Positions 1 through 9,449 of a DNA stretch of 64,000 nucleotides are shown piece by piece. Origin of the DNA: an uncultured Planctomycetaceae bacterium (GTDB lineage: Bacteria; Planctomycetota; Planctomycetia; Isosphaerales; Isosphaeraceae); the NCBI GenBank assembly GCA_963833985.1, contig CAWIAD010000001.1, positions 1,408,001 to 1,472,000 of the forward strand, written 5' to 3'. Numbering within the stretch: the first letter of the stretch is position 1; each line of letters begins with the position of its first letter. A program made the position numbers and the translations under genes. Under the pieces are notes generated by a model that saw only the letters and a list, made by a program, of their open reading frames with translations, searched no databases and was not told the origin of the DNA.

Positions 1-654
1 GAGCTCGGAAACAAAGCGTTTCCAGAACGAGACCGGTTGAAGATGAGCAGAATCGAGACGGAAACCGTCGCAGTCCGATCGCTCCTTCCAGCGCTTGGAG
101 ACGCCGATCAGGTAGTCCGCAACCTCGGGATTCTCGACCTTCCAGCGGCGGGCTCCGTACTCGGTAGGAGCGGCAAACCAATCCCGCTTGGCCGGATCGA
201 CCAGGAACGGGTGCTCGAACCCGGGCATCGCAAGAGGCATGTCGAGAATTACATGCATGTTGCGAGTATGGGCCGCGTCGACGAGCACGCGCAGAGTCGC
301 GTTGTCGCCAAAGTTCTTATCAACGTGTTCGTAGTTTTTCGGGCGATAACCAGTCGGTAGAAACTTGCCGACTGGGCTCTCGTCGTTTTGCATGATGGGG
401 TAAAGCAAGAGTGTGGTGACGCCCAGGTCCGTCAGGTCATCGAGCTTGGCGATCACACCCTTCAAGTCGCCTCCCCAGTAACCGCCCTCATAGCTTTCGC
501 GATCCCTGAGAAAACGGTCGCGCATGATGTCATTCGCGTGGTCTCCATCGAAAAACCTCTCGACGATGACGACATAGACGATCTCGTCTTCCCAGCGCCG
601 CGCCTTGTCGCTGGCAAGAGGCAAGGCCAGACTTGCTAACAACGCGAGATTCAT
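1..654 (-). CDS. GH13 alpha-amylase family glycoside hydrolase, secreted; 3' end runs off the window
   Basis: Manual translation (absent from the ORF track): MNLALLASLALPLASDKARRWEDEIVYVVIVERFFDGD...GGDLKGVIAKLDDLTDLGVT...VDKNFG...DAAHTRNMHVILD...DGFRLDSAH, which contains GH13 conserved regions. Confidence 0.85.
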   Translation of the reverse strand, partial: MNLALLASLALPLASDKARRWEDEIVYVVIVERFFDGDHANDIMRDRFLRDRESYEGGYWGGDLKGVIAKLDDLTDLGVTTLLLYPIMQNDESPVGKFLPTGYRPKNYEHVDKNFGDNATLRVLVDAAHTRNMHVILDMPLAMPGFEHPFLVDPAKRDWFAAPTEYGARRWKVENPEVADYLIGVSKRWKERSDCDGFRLDSAHLQPVSFWKRFVSEL

Positions 655-908
655 CGCCAATCACACCGTCCCAATCTTGGCCGGAACTCCTCAGATGAGG
701 AGGTCCGACTCGGTAGCTGGCATCAAATGGTTGATTGGAACTCAGGACAGAAGTGAGCAGAGCACCCGATTCAAGGCATTTCCATGGCCCTCTCGATCTT
801 GCGCGAGGGCGGCCTCGACAGCTCTCCGGCGTCGCGTTCTGTCCGGCTGCTACGGAAAGGCCTCAAGAGAATCGCTCGGACGCTCGTGTCGAGGATGGGA
901 CGGGACGG

Positions 909-1375
909 TCAAGCGCTTCGATCGGCGGAGGCCTTGACATCGTCGAGGGCCTGCAGGAGCGGCTCGCGGTGCAGATCGTCCGCCGCGACCTCAATCTCGC
1001 GAGCCAGGTCCCGTCCAAGGTTCGCCGCGGCAAGATCGGGCGATTCGCCATGCGACCGGAGTCGGGAATGCTGCGGTGATGAACCTGGACCGAATGGGCC
1101 GTGGCACCGGCCGTGACGATCACCTGGCTCGGGTCGGCCGCCCCTGGGGTCTCCTGCGTCCGGATGTCCTCTCCCCCGCACTTCGGAGACGTGATGGGCA
1201 GCGGTAATTCGGACTGGACAATCTCCATGGTGACGACCGGCGCCTTGTCGGGACGCTGCTGGCTGGTATCCGCCGGGCCAGCCCCGCCCTCGTCCTCGAA
1301 GCGGTCGATTCCTTGCGGAACAGGTTTGGTGGCCGCGGCGATAAATCGCGGCTCAGACGCAGCTTGATTGTTCAT
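909..1375 (-). CDS. Hypothetical protein, probably frameshifted near 1062
   Basis: RBS AAGGAG before ATG 1375. ...VQVHHRSIP continues more plausibly in another frame as LRSHGESPDLAAANLGRDLAREIE... Confidence 0.45.
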
Positions 1376-1432
1376 GGTCTGGCTCCTTTGGGATAGACTG
1401 TAACAGAATCTCTTGATTATTTCAAGTAAAAA

Positions 1433-2353
1433 TTATGTATCGACCTGATAACGCGCGAGGACGACCGTCACATTGTCGGGCCCGCCACGACGGAGGGCCA
1501 GGTCCACCAGGCGAGCGCAGGCGTCGTCGGGGTCGTGGTGGTGTTTTAAGACCTTGGCGATTGCCTCGTCGTCGACGGGCTGCGTCAAGCCGTCGGTGCA
1601 GAAGAACAAGGTGTCGCCGTCGAGCAGGGAGAGCTTGTGGATCTCGGCAAAGACGCCCTCGCTGGGGCCGCCGATGACGTTGGTCACGACGTGGCGCCGC
1701 TTGTGCCGCCTGGCCTCCTCGGGCGAAATCGAGCCGTCGTCGATCAAGGATTGGACGAGCGTGTGGTCGCTGGTCAACTGCAGCAGTTCGCCATCGCGAA
1801 ACAGGTAGGCGCGCGAGTCGCCAGCGTGGACGATATACAGGTCGGTGGCGACGCTATAGGCCATCGTCAGGGTCGTCCCCATGCCCTGGAGGGAGGGATT
1901 GCTCCGGGCGCGCTCGATCACGCTCCGATCGGCTCGTTCGAGGCTCTGGCGAAGTTCGGCCAGGAGCACGTGCTCGTCGTGGCCGCTCAGGTGGAGGAAC
2001 CACTTGAGCGTGTTCAGGACGAACTCCTCGACGCTCCCCACCGCCAGGGCGCTGGCGCGTTCCCCGGCCGCGGCGCCACCCATGCCATCGGCGACGACCA
2101 CCAGGTACCCCTCTTCCTCAGAAAGCTGCGTCTTGCCTCCTCCGGGCAGGCTGGTCTTGCACACCTGCATCGACTTGGACAGCCTGGAGATCAGAAAATG
2201 ATCCTCGTTGTTACCGCGGAGTTTGCCGGTGTTGGTCAAGCCACCGAACTTGACCCGAAACCGAGGTGGATCATGATCGGCGAGCACCTGGAACTCACCG
2301 GTCGAGTCGTCGAGCGTGGGACTGGGTTCCTGGAGCGGCATCCTCGCGGTCAT
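1433..2353 (-). CDS. PP2C/PPM family Ser/Thr protein phosphatase
   Basis: Motifs NEDH, VADGMGG, GMGTT, HAGDSRAY, CTDGL and GGPDNVT. Confidence 0.95.
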   Translation of the reverse strand: MTARMPLQEPSPTLDDSTGEFQVLADHDPPRFRVKFGGLTNTGKLRGNNEDHFLISRLSKSMQVCKTSLPGGGKTQLSEEEGYLVVVADGMGGAAAGERASALAVGSVEEFVLNTLKWFLHLSGHDEHVLLAELRQSLERADRSVIERARSNPSLQGMGTTLTMAYSVATDLYIVHAGDSRAYLFRDGELLQLTSDHTLVQSLIDDGSISPEEARRHKRRHVVTNVIGGPSEGVFAEIHKLSLLDGDTLFFCTDGLTQPVDDEAIAKVLKHHHDPDDACARLVDLALRRGGPDNVTVVLARYQVDT

Positions 2354-2388
2354 GTTTCTGGCACCCTATCGCAATGGAACCGGTAAAT

Positions 2389-2502
2389 CTAATCGATCAA
2401 GTGTGCGAGGATATCCTTGGGTCCACGGCCCGTGAATTCCTGCTCGAATCGGCTCATCCACTTGCAGATGGCGGCTTCGATTTCCCCCTGCGTTTTCATC
2501 AT
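2389..2502 (-). pseudogene. Truncated DUF2294 (MpsC-like) gene, N-terminal ~37 codons only
   Basis: MKTQGEIEAAICKWMSRFEQEFTGRGPKDILAHLID* is near-identical to the N-terminus of 6462..6851, then homology stops. Confidence 0.85.
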
Positions 2503-2722
2503 GACCTCCGGTGCGTTCCACCTCACGGTTGAGAGGCCACGCGCTTGGCTCGCCCCGCGGTGCAACCAAGCCTGGATCGCCCGCTCTCGGGCCATTTAAG
2601 ATTGATCCTACAAGGAAACGAAAAACAATTCACTTGCTATTTGCATCGCGCAGGACAATAACGAGCTGAAGGGGTTTCATGTCATCTTGACTTGAGCTCC
2701 GGAGAGATCGTAAACGAAACAC

Positions 2723-2832
2723 CTCGGACGACTAGGTAAAGAGCAACTCGGCTGGTCCGAGAGGCTCGTTAACGAGTAAGCCGATGTGGTCGAAGCCTTC
2801 AGGGTTTTCGACCACGTCGGCTTTTTTTGTTT
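2723..2832 (+). ncRNA. Structured cis-regulatory leader RNA with intrinsic terminator, copy 1
   Basis: CUCGGACGAC...GAGC-AA-CUCGG/CCGAG-AG-GCUC...GUAAG, then long hairpin GCCGAUGUGGUCG...CGACCACGUCGGC and U7. Three further copies in the window. Confidence 0.75.
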
Positions 2833-2878
2833 CGCTCACGGTGGGGCCGGAGGCCCGCAGGCACCAAGGAGGCACCGG

Positions 2879-3088
2879 ATGGAGAAGTCCAATCTGACCA
2901 TCGCTTACCAGATCGCCCGAGTGAGAAGGCCCATGGCAGAGGGGGGAAGAGGTCACGTGACCCGATGGCTGGCGGAAATCTCGGTCGAGGACACGACCGC
3001 AGCTTTGTGGATTGGGCCGTTCCGCCAGCGGCGGAGGCCATGGCCGGGAAGCCAGCCCCGAGCGGGTGTCTACCATCCTCTGATTTGA
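2879..3088 (+). pseudogene. Remnant of the second-type DUF2294 gene; only the first ~15 codons are homologous
   Basis: Same RBS block (CGCAGGCACCAAGGAGGCACCGGATGGA) as 7229. MEKSNLTIAYQIARV aligns with MEEVSLTMAQRVAEV, then diverges. Confidence 0.6.
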
Positions 3089-3142
3089 AGCAATGTCGAT
3101 ACCATGTGGAGAGCAGTCCCCCTTTTTTTAAGGAGTAACCGC

Positions 3143-3346
3143 ATGAATTGGGATCAGATCACCGGCGACTGGAAGCAGTTCAAAGGCAAGGTGAGAGAGA
3201 AGTGGGGCAAGCTGACCGACGATGAGCTGACGACCATCGCCGGAAAGCGTGAGCACCTCGCCGGCCTCCTCCAGGAAAGGTACGGCTACGCCAAGGACCA
3301 GGCCGAGAAGGAACTTAACGAGTTCGCACAGAAGCTGAAGCTGTGA
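3143..3346 (+). CDS. CsbD family stress protein
   Basis: MNWDQITGDWKQFKGKVREKWGKLTDDEL; RBS AAGGAG. Confidence 0.95.
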   Translation: MNWDQITGDWKQFKGKVREKWGKLTDDELTTIAGKREHLAGLLQERYGYAKDQAEKELNEFAQKLKL

Positions 3347-3405
3347 GAATCACCGACCAGGAACGAACGATCACAACCCCGATGACCCCCAAGGAGAACT
3401 GACCG

Positions 3406-3615
3406 ATGGCGACGACCACCAAGCATCCCGCTTACGAGCACCATCACCAGGCCGCAGCCCACCACGCGGCCGCCGCGCACCATCACCTGGAGGCAGCCCA
3501 TCACCACGATACGGGCGAGCACGACCAGGCCAAGAAGCACGCCGAGGCCGCGCACCACCACAGCGAGCACGGTCATAAGCACACAACCACAGCGCATCAG
3601 CACTCGAGCAAGTGA
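3406..3615 (+). CDS. Small His/Ala-rich protein, candidate metal-binding
   Basis: RBS AAGGAG; 22 of 69 residues are His; followed by a hairpin. Confidence 0.8.
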   Translation: MATTTKHPAYEHHHQAAAHHAAAAHHHLEAAHHHDTGEHDQAKKHAEAAHHHSEHGHKHTTTAHQHSSK

Positions 3616-3625
3616 GCCTTCTGTA

Positions 3626-3662
3626 CCGAGGGCCCGGGGCTTTCGCGCTCCGATGCCCTCGG
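3626..3662 (+). terminator. GC-rich hairpin after the His-rich gene
   Basis: CCGAGGGC...GCCCTCGG inverted repeat; weak U-tract. Confidence 0.4.
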
Positions 3663-4894
3663 GCAGTTGTTCAGCTCCTGCCTCAAGGGGGAAGCGAGAA
3701 TGAGCGGGGCCGGCTTTGAGAGAGGTGAAGAAGGCAAGAGAGGCGGAACGGCGACGCGCCGACTTCCCTTACCGGCATGATAGGTTCATCCCTAATTCTA
3801 ACTTTACTATAACATGTGTTCGTAACTGAGGGAATGGCGTCAAGATGCAGTCCCATGTCGGCGCGAATCGTGAACCGCAAGAGGAGTGTATCGGGACGGA
3901 ATCCGAGTGTTTCGTCGCGGGTGCGATTGTGGACTCGTGGGTCGAGTCCACGAGGTCTGCGGATGCCGTTGCCCTCTTGATCCTGCAAGTTGCGCCGCGA
4001 GGGCACTCCAACGACCTGGTTATCGTTGAGGCAGAGGCTGCGCTGGTCCCCGACCGGCTCTGGCTGGAAGACCTGAGCGAGAACCTCTGCCATGGGAGAC
4101 CGGTCGTTGCGCTCGGGTCACCGCCTTTGAGTGGTTTCTTCGCGGCCACTTGGCTGCACCTGACGCGGTAGGCTCGTCTCTCCAATCCAACGCGGTGCCA
4201 TCGCTGTGCGGGGGCTTAGCCATTGGGTGCGATGATCGTGGTTCCTGCTCAAGAAAAGAGGGTGTCCCAGGGCGTCAACGAGTAGGTTTGCTGATGATCA
4301 ACTCTTGGTCTGCGAGTTACTCCTCGCCATCGAGAAGCAGAGCAAGCGTGCACGGTGGCGGGAAAATGTGCCATCGACTCCGGTGACGTCCTTCCCGAGC
4401 CGGAAGGTCGGCAACACTCATCTCCATCTCGATCACACGGCGTTTGACATGGCCGGCGTCGTCTGTTCTCTGCTGATCTACCTTCAGTATCGCTCACAGG
4501 TTCTTCCAGATTCGAATGGGAAAGTCAGGATCCATGAATCAGAGTGACAGCGTGACTTCCCCCGCGTTCAACATCTCCGCATTGTCGAGAGGGGCACGGT
4601 CGATCGGCCAGCATAATGCGATCCCCAAAGCTCGCTTCGAGCCAAGCGAATTGCAAGCATTGGGCTCTCGTGAAGAAGTTCTCGTCGTCGACGAGCGTTC
4701 CAAGTTGCGTCCATCTCAAGTGATCGAAAGCAAACTGACTCACCTGCTCAGACATTCATCGCTTCCTGTCAGCGTGCTCTTGATGAGACGGATACTGCGA
4801 GCTCGCTAAGTCTCCGCGCCTTTGCTTCTCCGCCCTCAAGTTCGACCTCGGCTGACTGTAGGTCGGGGCAATCGACCGACTCGAAAGGAAAGCA

Positions 4895-5173
4895 ATGAAG
4901 AAGCTGACTCTGCGCCCTCTGCCCGAGCGAATCACAGTCACACTGTACGGCAGTCGTGGTGGTGACAAGGCAAATGAGGGTTGGTTCTTCCTCAGTCCCG
5001 AGGAATGGAAAAAGTACAAGGTCAAGCTGGCCAACTCAACCACAGAAATGCGGACAGTTCAGCCCAAGAGTTGGCACGACATCGACGTGTACTCTCCGGA
5101 TGACTTCGACGCGGCGATCAGGGATCTTCGCGGCCAGAGATACTTCGGCGGTTGCATCATGGAACCTCTTTGA
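4895..5173 (+). CDS. Hypothetical protein (92 aa)
   Basis: RBS AAAGGA, ATG start, globular-looking composition; no family recognised. Confidence 0.55.
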   Translation: MKKLTLRPLPERITVTLYGSRGGDKANEGWFFLSPEEWKKYKVKLANSTTEMRTVQPKSWHDIDVYSPDDFDAAIRDLRGQRYFGGCIMEPL

Positions 5174-5225
5174 TTCTCAACCCCCCTATAGCCGCCCTGT
5201 ACGCGAGAGCCCTTGATCAATTCGT

Positions 5226-6452
5226 TCATCCCGCTCTTGCCGGTGGGCTCACGATGGCGTCGATGAGGTTCTGGATCACGTCACGGAGTTGCTCAGCAAG
5301 CTGGTGGCGGACTGCCTGTGGATCGTGAAGGTAGCAAGGAACAAAGCGCCCCAGGTCGATGGGATCGCCGATGCGCAGGAAGACGTCCCGCCGTGCCAGC
5401 TGGCGCGGCCGGCTGGTCCCGTAGACCTCGCGCTCCAGCTTGAGAACCATTTCGGCCAGCCGCTCTTGAGACGGATCGAGGTCGACATAATGCGGCTGCC
5501 AGCTTCCCATCTGGGCAACGCGCTTGAGATCTGCCAGGTCGTCGTGCAGCCGCGCGCGACTCTGGTCGCTGAGTTCCTTACCCTGCCTCAGCAATTGCCG
5601 AAGGAAGGAACTGAGCCGCCAGGTACGATCCATGGTCTGTGACTGGGTGCCAATGGCAGGCCGTGGGTAGAGGCCCTCCATCTCCGCGAGGACCGCCTGA
5701 CGCACGTGCTTGACGCGCTCGCTCAGCTCCGCGAGACGATCCGGATCGGGCTTGAGACGATGACTGAGCTCCTGGCGATGCAAGAGTTCGGCCACGATGA
5801 GGGCCAATCGTCGCGGGAGCGAGCCACCGGTATTGCGCTGAAAGAGAGCCTGCTCCAACAATCGGGTACGCTGCTCCAGGAGGGGGCGAATGGGCTGGCG
5901 GTAACGGTATTTGATGGCCATCGGGACCAGATGCGCCGTCCAGGTTGGCTGGGTCCGCCGCGCCTCGAGCACGGCTTGCATTCCGATATCGACAGCGCCG
6001 CTCTTGAACGGCTGTACCAGATCGTTCAGGTAATAGATTTCGCCTTCCGGGAAGATGACGAGCACCTCACGTCCCCGCTTCACCACCTCGATGGCGTAGC
6101 GCTTGGCCTCCTGGTTCTGACCCCCGCGCTCCACGGAAAAAGCGCCCAGGCGCTGGAGCCACCAGCCCGCGATTCCGTGACCTTCGTCGAACGCCTCTCG
6201 GTTCATCATGAAGAGGAACCGGCGGTTGCAGCGGCCGGAGAGTTCCAGGCAAGCCTTGAGGTCCGTTTCATCGGCGTGGTTGGAGACAAGGATCAGCCCC
6301 GCGCCCTGGGGGAGATCCCTCAATACCCGGAGGTCGCTTTGTTCAAGACGCAACCGATTCCGCCAGGCCAGATCGAGTTTGAGGTAGTTCCGAACAGCCC
6401 AGATCACCCACCCGCAAGGCGTTGCCGGTCGAAAGCTCGGGTTTTCCGACAT
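5226..6452 (-). CDS. Lysophospholipid acyltransferase (PlsC family)
   Basis: SNHADETD (NHx4D), GAFSVER and IFPEG motifs. Confidence 0.9.
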   Translation of the reverse strand: MSENPSFRPATPCGWVIWAVRNYLKLDLAWRNRLRLEQSDLRVLRDLPQGAGLILVSNHADETDLKACLELSGRCNRRFLFMMNREAFDEGHGIAGWWLQRLGAFSVERGGQNQEAKRYAIEVVKRGREVLVIFPEGEIYYLNDLVQPFKSGAVDIGMQAVLEARRTQPTWTAHLVPMAIKYRYRQPIRPLLEQRTRLLEQALFQRNTGGSLPRRLALIVAELLHRQELSHRLKPDPDRLAELSERVKHVRQAVLAEMEGLYPRPAIGTQSQTMDRTWRLSSFLRQLLRQGKELSDQSRARLHDDLADLKRVAQMGSWQPHYVDLDPSQERLAEMVLKLEREVYGTSRPRQLARRDVFLRIGDPIDLGRFVPCYLHDPQAVRHQLAEQLRDVIQNLIDAIVSPPARAG

Positions 6453-6461
6453 CGCTTTCCT

Positions 6462-6851
6462 TCAGGAGTTCGACCTCTTTTTGACCTCGCGGAGAAGCGG
6501 CGACTCGGCCAGAGTGAAGATCACCACCTCTTCACCGGTCGTGGTACTGATATCGTGGTGCATGCTGAGTACCTTGATGCCGGTGCACTCTCGGATCATC
6601 GCTTCCATGAGCGGCCGCGCGGTTTCGATCAGATGCGTCCGAACTTGCTTGAGCAGGTCTCTCCCCTTCTCGGCCGGGAGAGACTTGACCAGATGCTGCT
6701 CGGCCGCGGTCAGAACGCCCTGAAGCCGGACAAGGACCAGATCATCGATCAGGTGTGTGCGAATATCCTTGGGACCGCGGCCCATGTACTCCAGCTCGAA
6801 GCGACTCATGCCCTGACAGATGGAGGCTTCGATCTCACCCTGCGTTTTCAC
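6462..6851 (-). CDS. DUF2294 / MpsC-like protein, intact
   Basis: GTG start: KTQGEIEASICQGMSRFELEYMGRGPKDIRTHLIDDLVLVRLQGVLTAAEQHL...LSMHHDISTTTGEEVVIFTL. Confidence 0.9.
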   Translation of the reverse strand: MKTQGEIEASICQGMSRFELEYMGRGPKDIRTHLIDDLVLVRLQGVLTAAEQHLVKSLPAEKGRDLLKQVRTHLIETARPLMEAMIRECTGIKVLSMHHDISTTTGEEVVIFTLAESPLLREVKKRSNS

Positions 6852-7074
6852 GATGGCCTTCAACGCGTTCGATGTCGCCGGGCGGATGCCACTCGCTCGG
6901 TCCACTCCGGAGTGCAACCGAGCATCGCGCGACCCTTCTGGGCCGCTGTCACATTGATCGTACAAGAAAACACAAAAATTGTCACTTGCTTTTTTCATTT
7001 CTCGCAGGCTACAGTCGTTGTATAGGACTCATGTCCACATGGCAAGGGCTTCGGTCGGATCATGAGTGCAGGTT

Positions 7075-7182
7075 GTCGGACGACTAGGTGAAGGGCAACC
7101 CGGCTGGTCCGGGGGGCTCGTTAACAAGTAAGCCGACGTGGTCGAATACCTGAGGGTGTTTGATCACGTCGGCATTTTTTTT
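7075..7182 (+). ncRNA. Structured leader RNA with intrinsic terminator, copy 2
   Basis: GUCGGACGAC...GGGC-AA-CCCGG/CCGGG-GG-GCUC...GUAAG; hairpin 7132-7173 with UGAG loop, then U8. Confidence 0.78.
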
Positions 7183-7228
7183 CGCTTGCGGTGACACCCG
7201 GCGGTCGCAGGCACCAAGGAGGCACCGG

Positions 7229-7648
7229 ATGGAAGAGGTCAGTCTGACCATGGCACAGCGGGTTGCCGAAGTAGCAGCCGCTTTCGAAAAGCAGCGAACA
7301 GGCCACGTGCCGCAGGCGGTGACGGTTGTTCTGGGCGACGAGACCTTGGTTATCACCCTGCACGGAGCCTTGTCGCCAGCCGAGCGTGCGCTTGCCCAGA
7401 CACCGGAGGGAGCCGCACAGGTGCAGGAGTTTCACCGCCAGTTGTTCAACGACTCCGCCGACGGGCTGCGGCAGGAGATCAAACGGATCACGGGAGTCGA
7501 GGTGCGCGAAGCCAGGGCGGAAATCGAAACGAAGACGGGCACCGTGGTGCAAGTCTTCACGACCGGCACTGTGGTGCAAGTATTCTTGCTCGCCAGTGGC
7601 ATATCCACGGAGACCTGGAACGGAACTGGGACTGTCAAGGCGTCATGA
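7229..7648 (+). CDS. DUF2294 / MpsC-like protein, second subtype
   Basis: FEKQRTGHVPQAVTVVLGDETLVITLHGALSPAERAL...IKRITGVEV...TGTVVQVF aligns with the DUF2294 pattern; strong RBS. Confidence 0.85.
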   Translation: MEEVSLTMAQRVAEVAAAFEKQRTGHVPQAVTVVLGDETLVITLHGALSPAERALAQTPEGAAQVQEFHRQLFNDSADGLRQEIKRITGVEVREARAEIETKTGTVVQVFTTGTVVQVFLLASGISTETWNGTGTVKAS

Positions 7649-7664
7649 GCACGGAGGAGATTGC

Positions 7665-7892
7665 ATGCTGATCTTGTCGAGAAAACCACTGGAATCGGTT
7701 GTGGTCGGCGGTGCTGTCGGCTTCGAGCGCGTGCTCAAGATCACGGTACTCGAGCTCAGTGGCGGTCGCGTGCGACTTGGCTTCGAGGCCGACTCGTCCG
7801 TTCCCGTCCATCGCTGGGAGGTGTGGGAAAAGATCCGCGCTCGAGGCCAACCGGAGAGCCCTCTGGAGGAACCCACGGCGCCGGCGGTCTGA
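7665..7892 (+). CDS. csrA: CsrA family RNA-binding regulator
   Basis: MLILSRKPLESVVVG...ITVLELSGGRVRLGFEADSSVPVHRWEVWEKI; RBS GGAGG. Confidence 0.9.
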   Translation: MLILSRKPLESVVVGGAVGFERVLKITVLELSGGRVRLGFEADSSVPVHRWEVWEKIRARGQPESPLEEPTAPAV

Positions 7893-7976
7893 TGAGGAAC
7901 CGAATGGCGCGGCGATCAGAAGCTCTGACCGCACTGTCCTCACCAGGTGAACCTTGAGATGAAGGAGAACTTGATC

Positions 7977-8153
7977 ATGTTACGCTTTGCTGTAGTTTTC
8001 ATCGTGATCGCACTGATCGCTGGGCTTCTCGGCTTCGTTGGAGTCGCAGGGCACGCATGGGAAGGGGCGAAGATCCTCTTCTTCGTTTTCCTCGTACTCG
8101 CGGTGCTGTCCCTCTTGGTGCACGGGTCGCGCAGGCGAACTTTCGTGGGTTGA
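7977..8153 (+). CDS. DUF1328 small membrane protein
   Basis: MLRFAVVFIVIALIAGLLGFVGVAGHAWEGAKILFFVFLVL. Confidence 0.9.
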   Translation: MLRFAVVFIVIALIAGLLGFVGVAGHAWEGAKILFFVFLVLAVLSLLVHGSRRRTFVG

Positions 8154-8195
8154 GTGGTTCGTATCACGATCGAGAACATTCTCTGGAGGTGACTC

Positions 8196-9449
8196 GTGGG
8201 TATCGTGCGGCCCTTGTTTGTCTCGACCTATCCGCCGGAAGAGTGTGGACTGGCAACTTTCACCAGGGACTCGGCGGATGCGGTCGATGTGGCAGCGCGG
8301 GCCCCAGTATCCTCGGTAGCGGCTATCCGGAAGACGGGCTCACTTCAATACGATGACCAGCGCGTTGTCCATGTCATTGACAACAACAACCGGGATGCCT
8401 ACCGACTGGCTGCGGAAATGGCGAGCGACGGCCCGTTTGACCTCGTGAGCTTGCAGCACGAGTTCGGCCTTTACCCTGGCGAATGGGGCAACCGCGTGCT
8501 GGATTTCGTGCGTGCCTGCCGCAAGCCCGTGGTCACGACTTTCCACACGCTCATGACTCAGCCCGACCCGCTGCCAAGGCGACTGATCCAGAAACTGGCG
8601 GCCCATAGTCAGGGCATGGTGGTCATGACGAAAGTCGCCTCAAGGCTTTTGACAGGCGTCTACGCTGTCCCCTGTCTGAACGTGCAAGTGATTCCTCATG
8701 GCGTGCCACAGGTCACCGTGGAGCGCAGTGAGATTCACAAGGCACGGCTGGGGCTGGGCGGCCGACGCGTGGTGTGCACCTTCGGACTCATCAATCGCGG
8801 TAAGGGCCTGGAATACATGATCGAGGCCATGCCTCGGATCGTGGCCGCCTATCCCGACGTTCTCTACCTGATCGTCGGTGCCACGCACCCAGAAGTCAAG
8901 CGCCACGAGGGAGAAGGTTATCGGAAGCGCCTGGTGGAAATGGCCGGGTCGCTGGGCGTCGGCGATCATGTTCGCTTCGTGAACAGGTATCTCAGCCTGG
9001 CCGAACTCATGGAGCACCTGCACGCCTGCGACGTTTACGTTACGCCCTACCCGGGAAAGGATCAGATAGCCAGCGGTACCCTGGCGTACGCCATGGCCGC
9101 AGGACGGGCCATCGTCAGTACTCCCTACCTCTACGCCGAGGAAGTTCTCGCTGACCAACGAGGCTTGCTCGTTCCTTTCAACGATGCATCCGCCCTGGCC
9201 GAGGCGACAATGCGATTCCTGAGTGATCCCGAGTTCCGACTTGAAACTCAGCGCAGGGCTTACGCGTACGCCAGGCCGATGTTCTGGTCGAATGTGGGAC
9301 GTCAATACCTGGAGTTCTTCCGCCGCATCGTGTCTGCAAGTCGGGAAACACAAGGGGCAGCCAGAGCTTACCGTGCAGATACATCAGCAATTCTGCGGAG
9401 ATCCGAGGGCCAGATTGTACTCCAGTCTTGTGTAGTACCTCCCGAGTAA
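8196..9449 (+). CDS. GT4 family glycosyltransferase
   Basis: [48 protein letters not shown]. Confidence 0.92.
   Translation: MGIVRPLFVSTYPPEECGLATFTRDSADAVDVAARAPVSSVAAIRKTGSLQYDDQRVVHVIDNNNRDAYRLAAEMASDGPFDLVSLQHEFGLYPGEWGNRVLDFVRACRKPVVTTFHTLMTQPDPLPRRLIQKLAAHSQGMVVMTKVASRLLTGVYAVPCLNVQVIPHGVPQVTVERSEIHKARLGLGGRRVVCTFGLINRGKGLEYMIEAMPRIVAAYPDVLYLIVGATHPEVKRHEGEGYRKRLVEMAGSLGVGDHVRFVNRYLSLAELMEHLHACDVYVTPYPGKDQIASGTLAYAMAAGRAIVSTPYLYAEEVLADQRGLLVPFNDASALAEATMRFLSDPEFRLETQRRAYAYARPMFWSNVGRQYLEFFRRIVSASRETQGAARAYRADTSAILRRSEGQIVLQSCVVPPE

Noticed and set aside
2723..2832. Leader as a ykkC/guanidine-I riboswitch (CUAGG...CUGGUCCGAGAG resemblance)
   Set aside because: It lacks GGGUUCC and the 3' GGG..AAAGCCCGGGAG region, and CUGGUCCGAG is not kept in copies 3 and 4. 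A cmscan is still needed.
2732..3076. Similar short ORFs over the leaders (2732..3076, 7084..7356, and parts of 11834..12358 and 12478..13332) as a peptide family
   Set aside because: They are antisense translations of the RNA motif with inconsistent starts. Substitutions preserve base-pairing rather than codons.
7075..7182. Leader as a c-di-GMP-I riboswitch or a BglG-type RAT
   Set aside because: There is no GNRA tetraloop/receptor pair or GCAAAG junction. It is longer than and differs from the RAT consensus, and no BglG-family gene is nearby.
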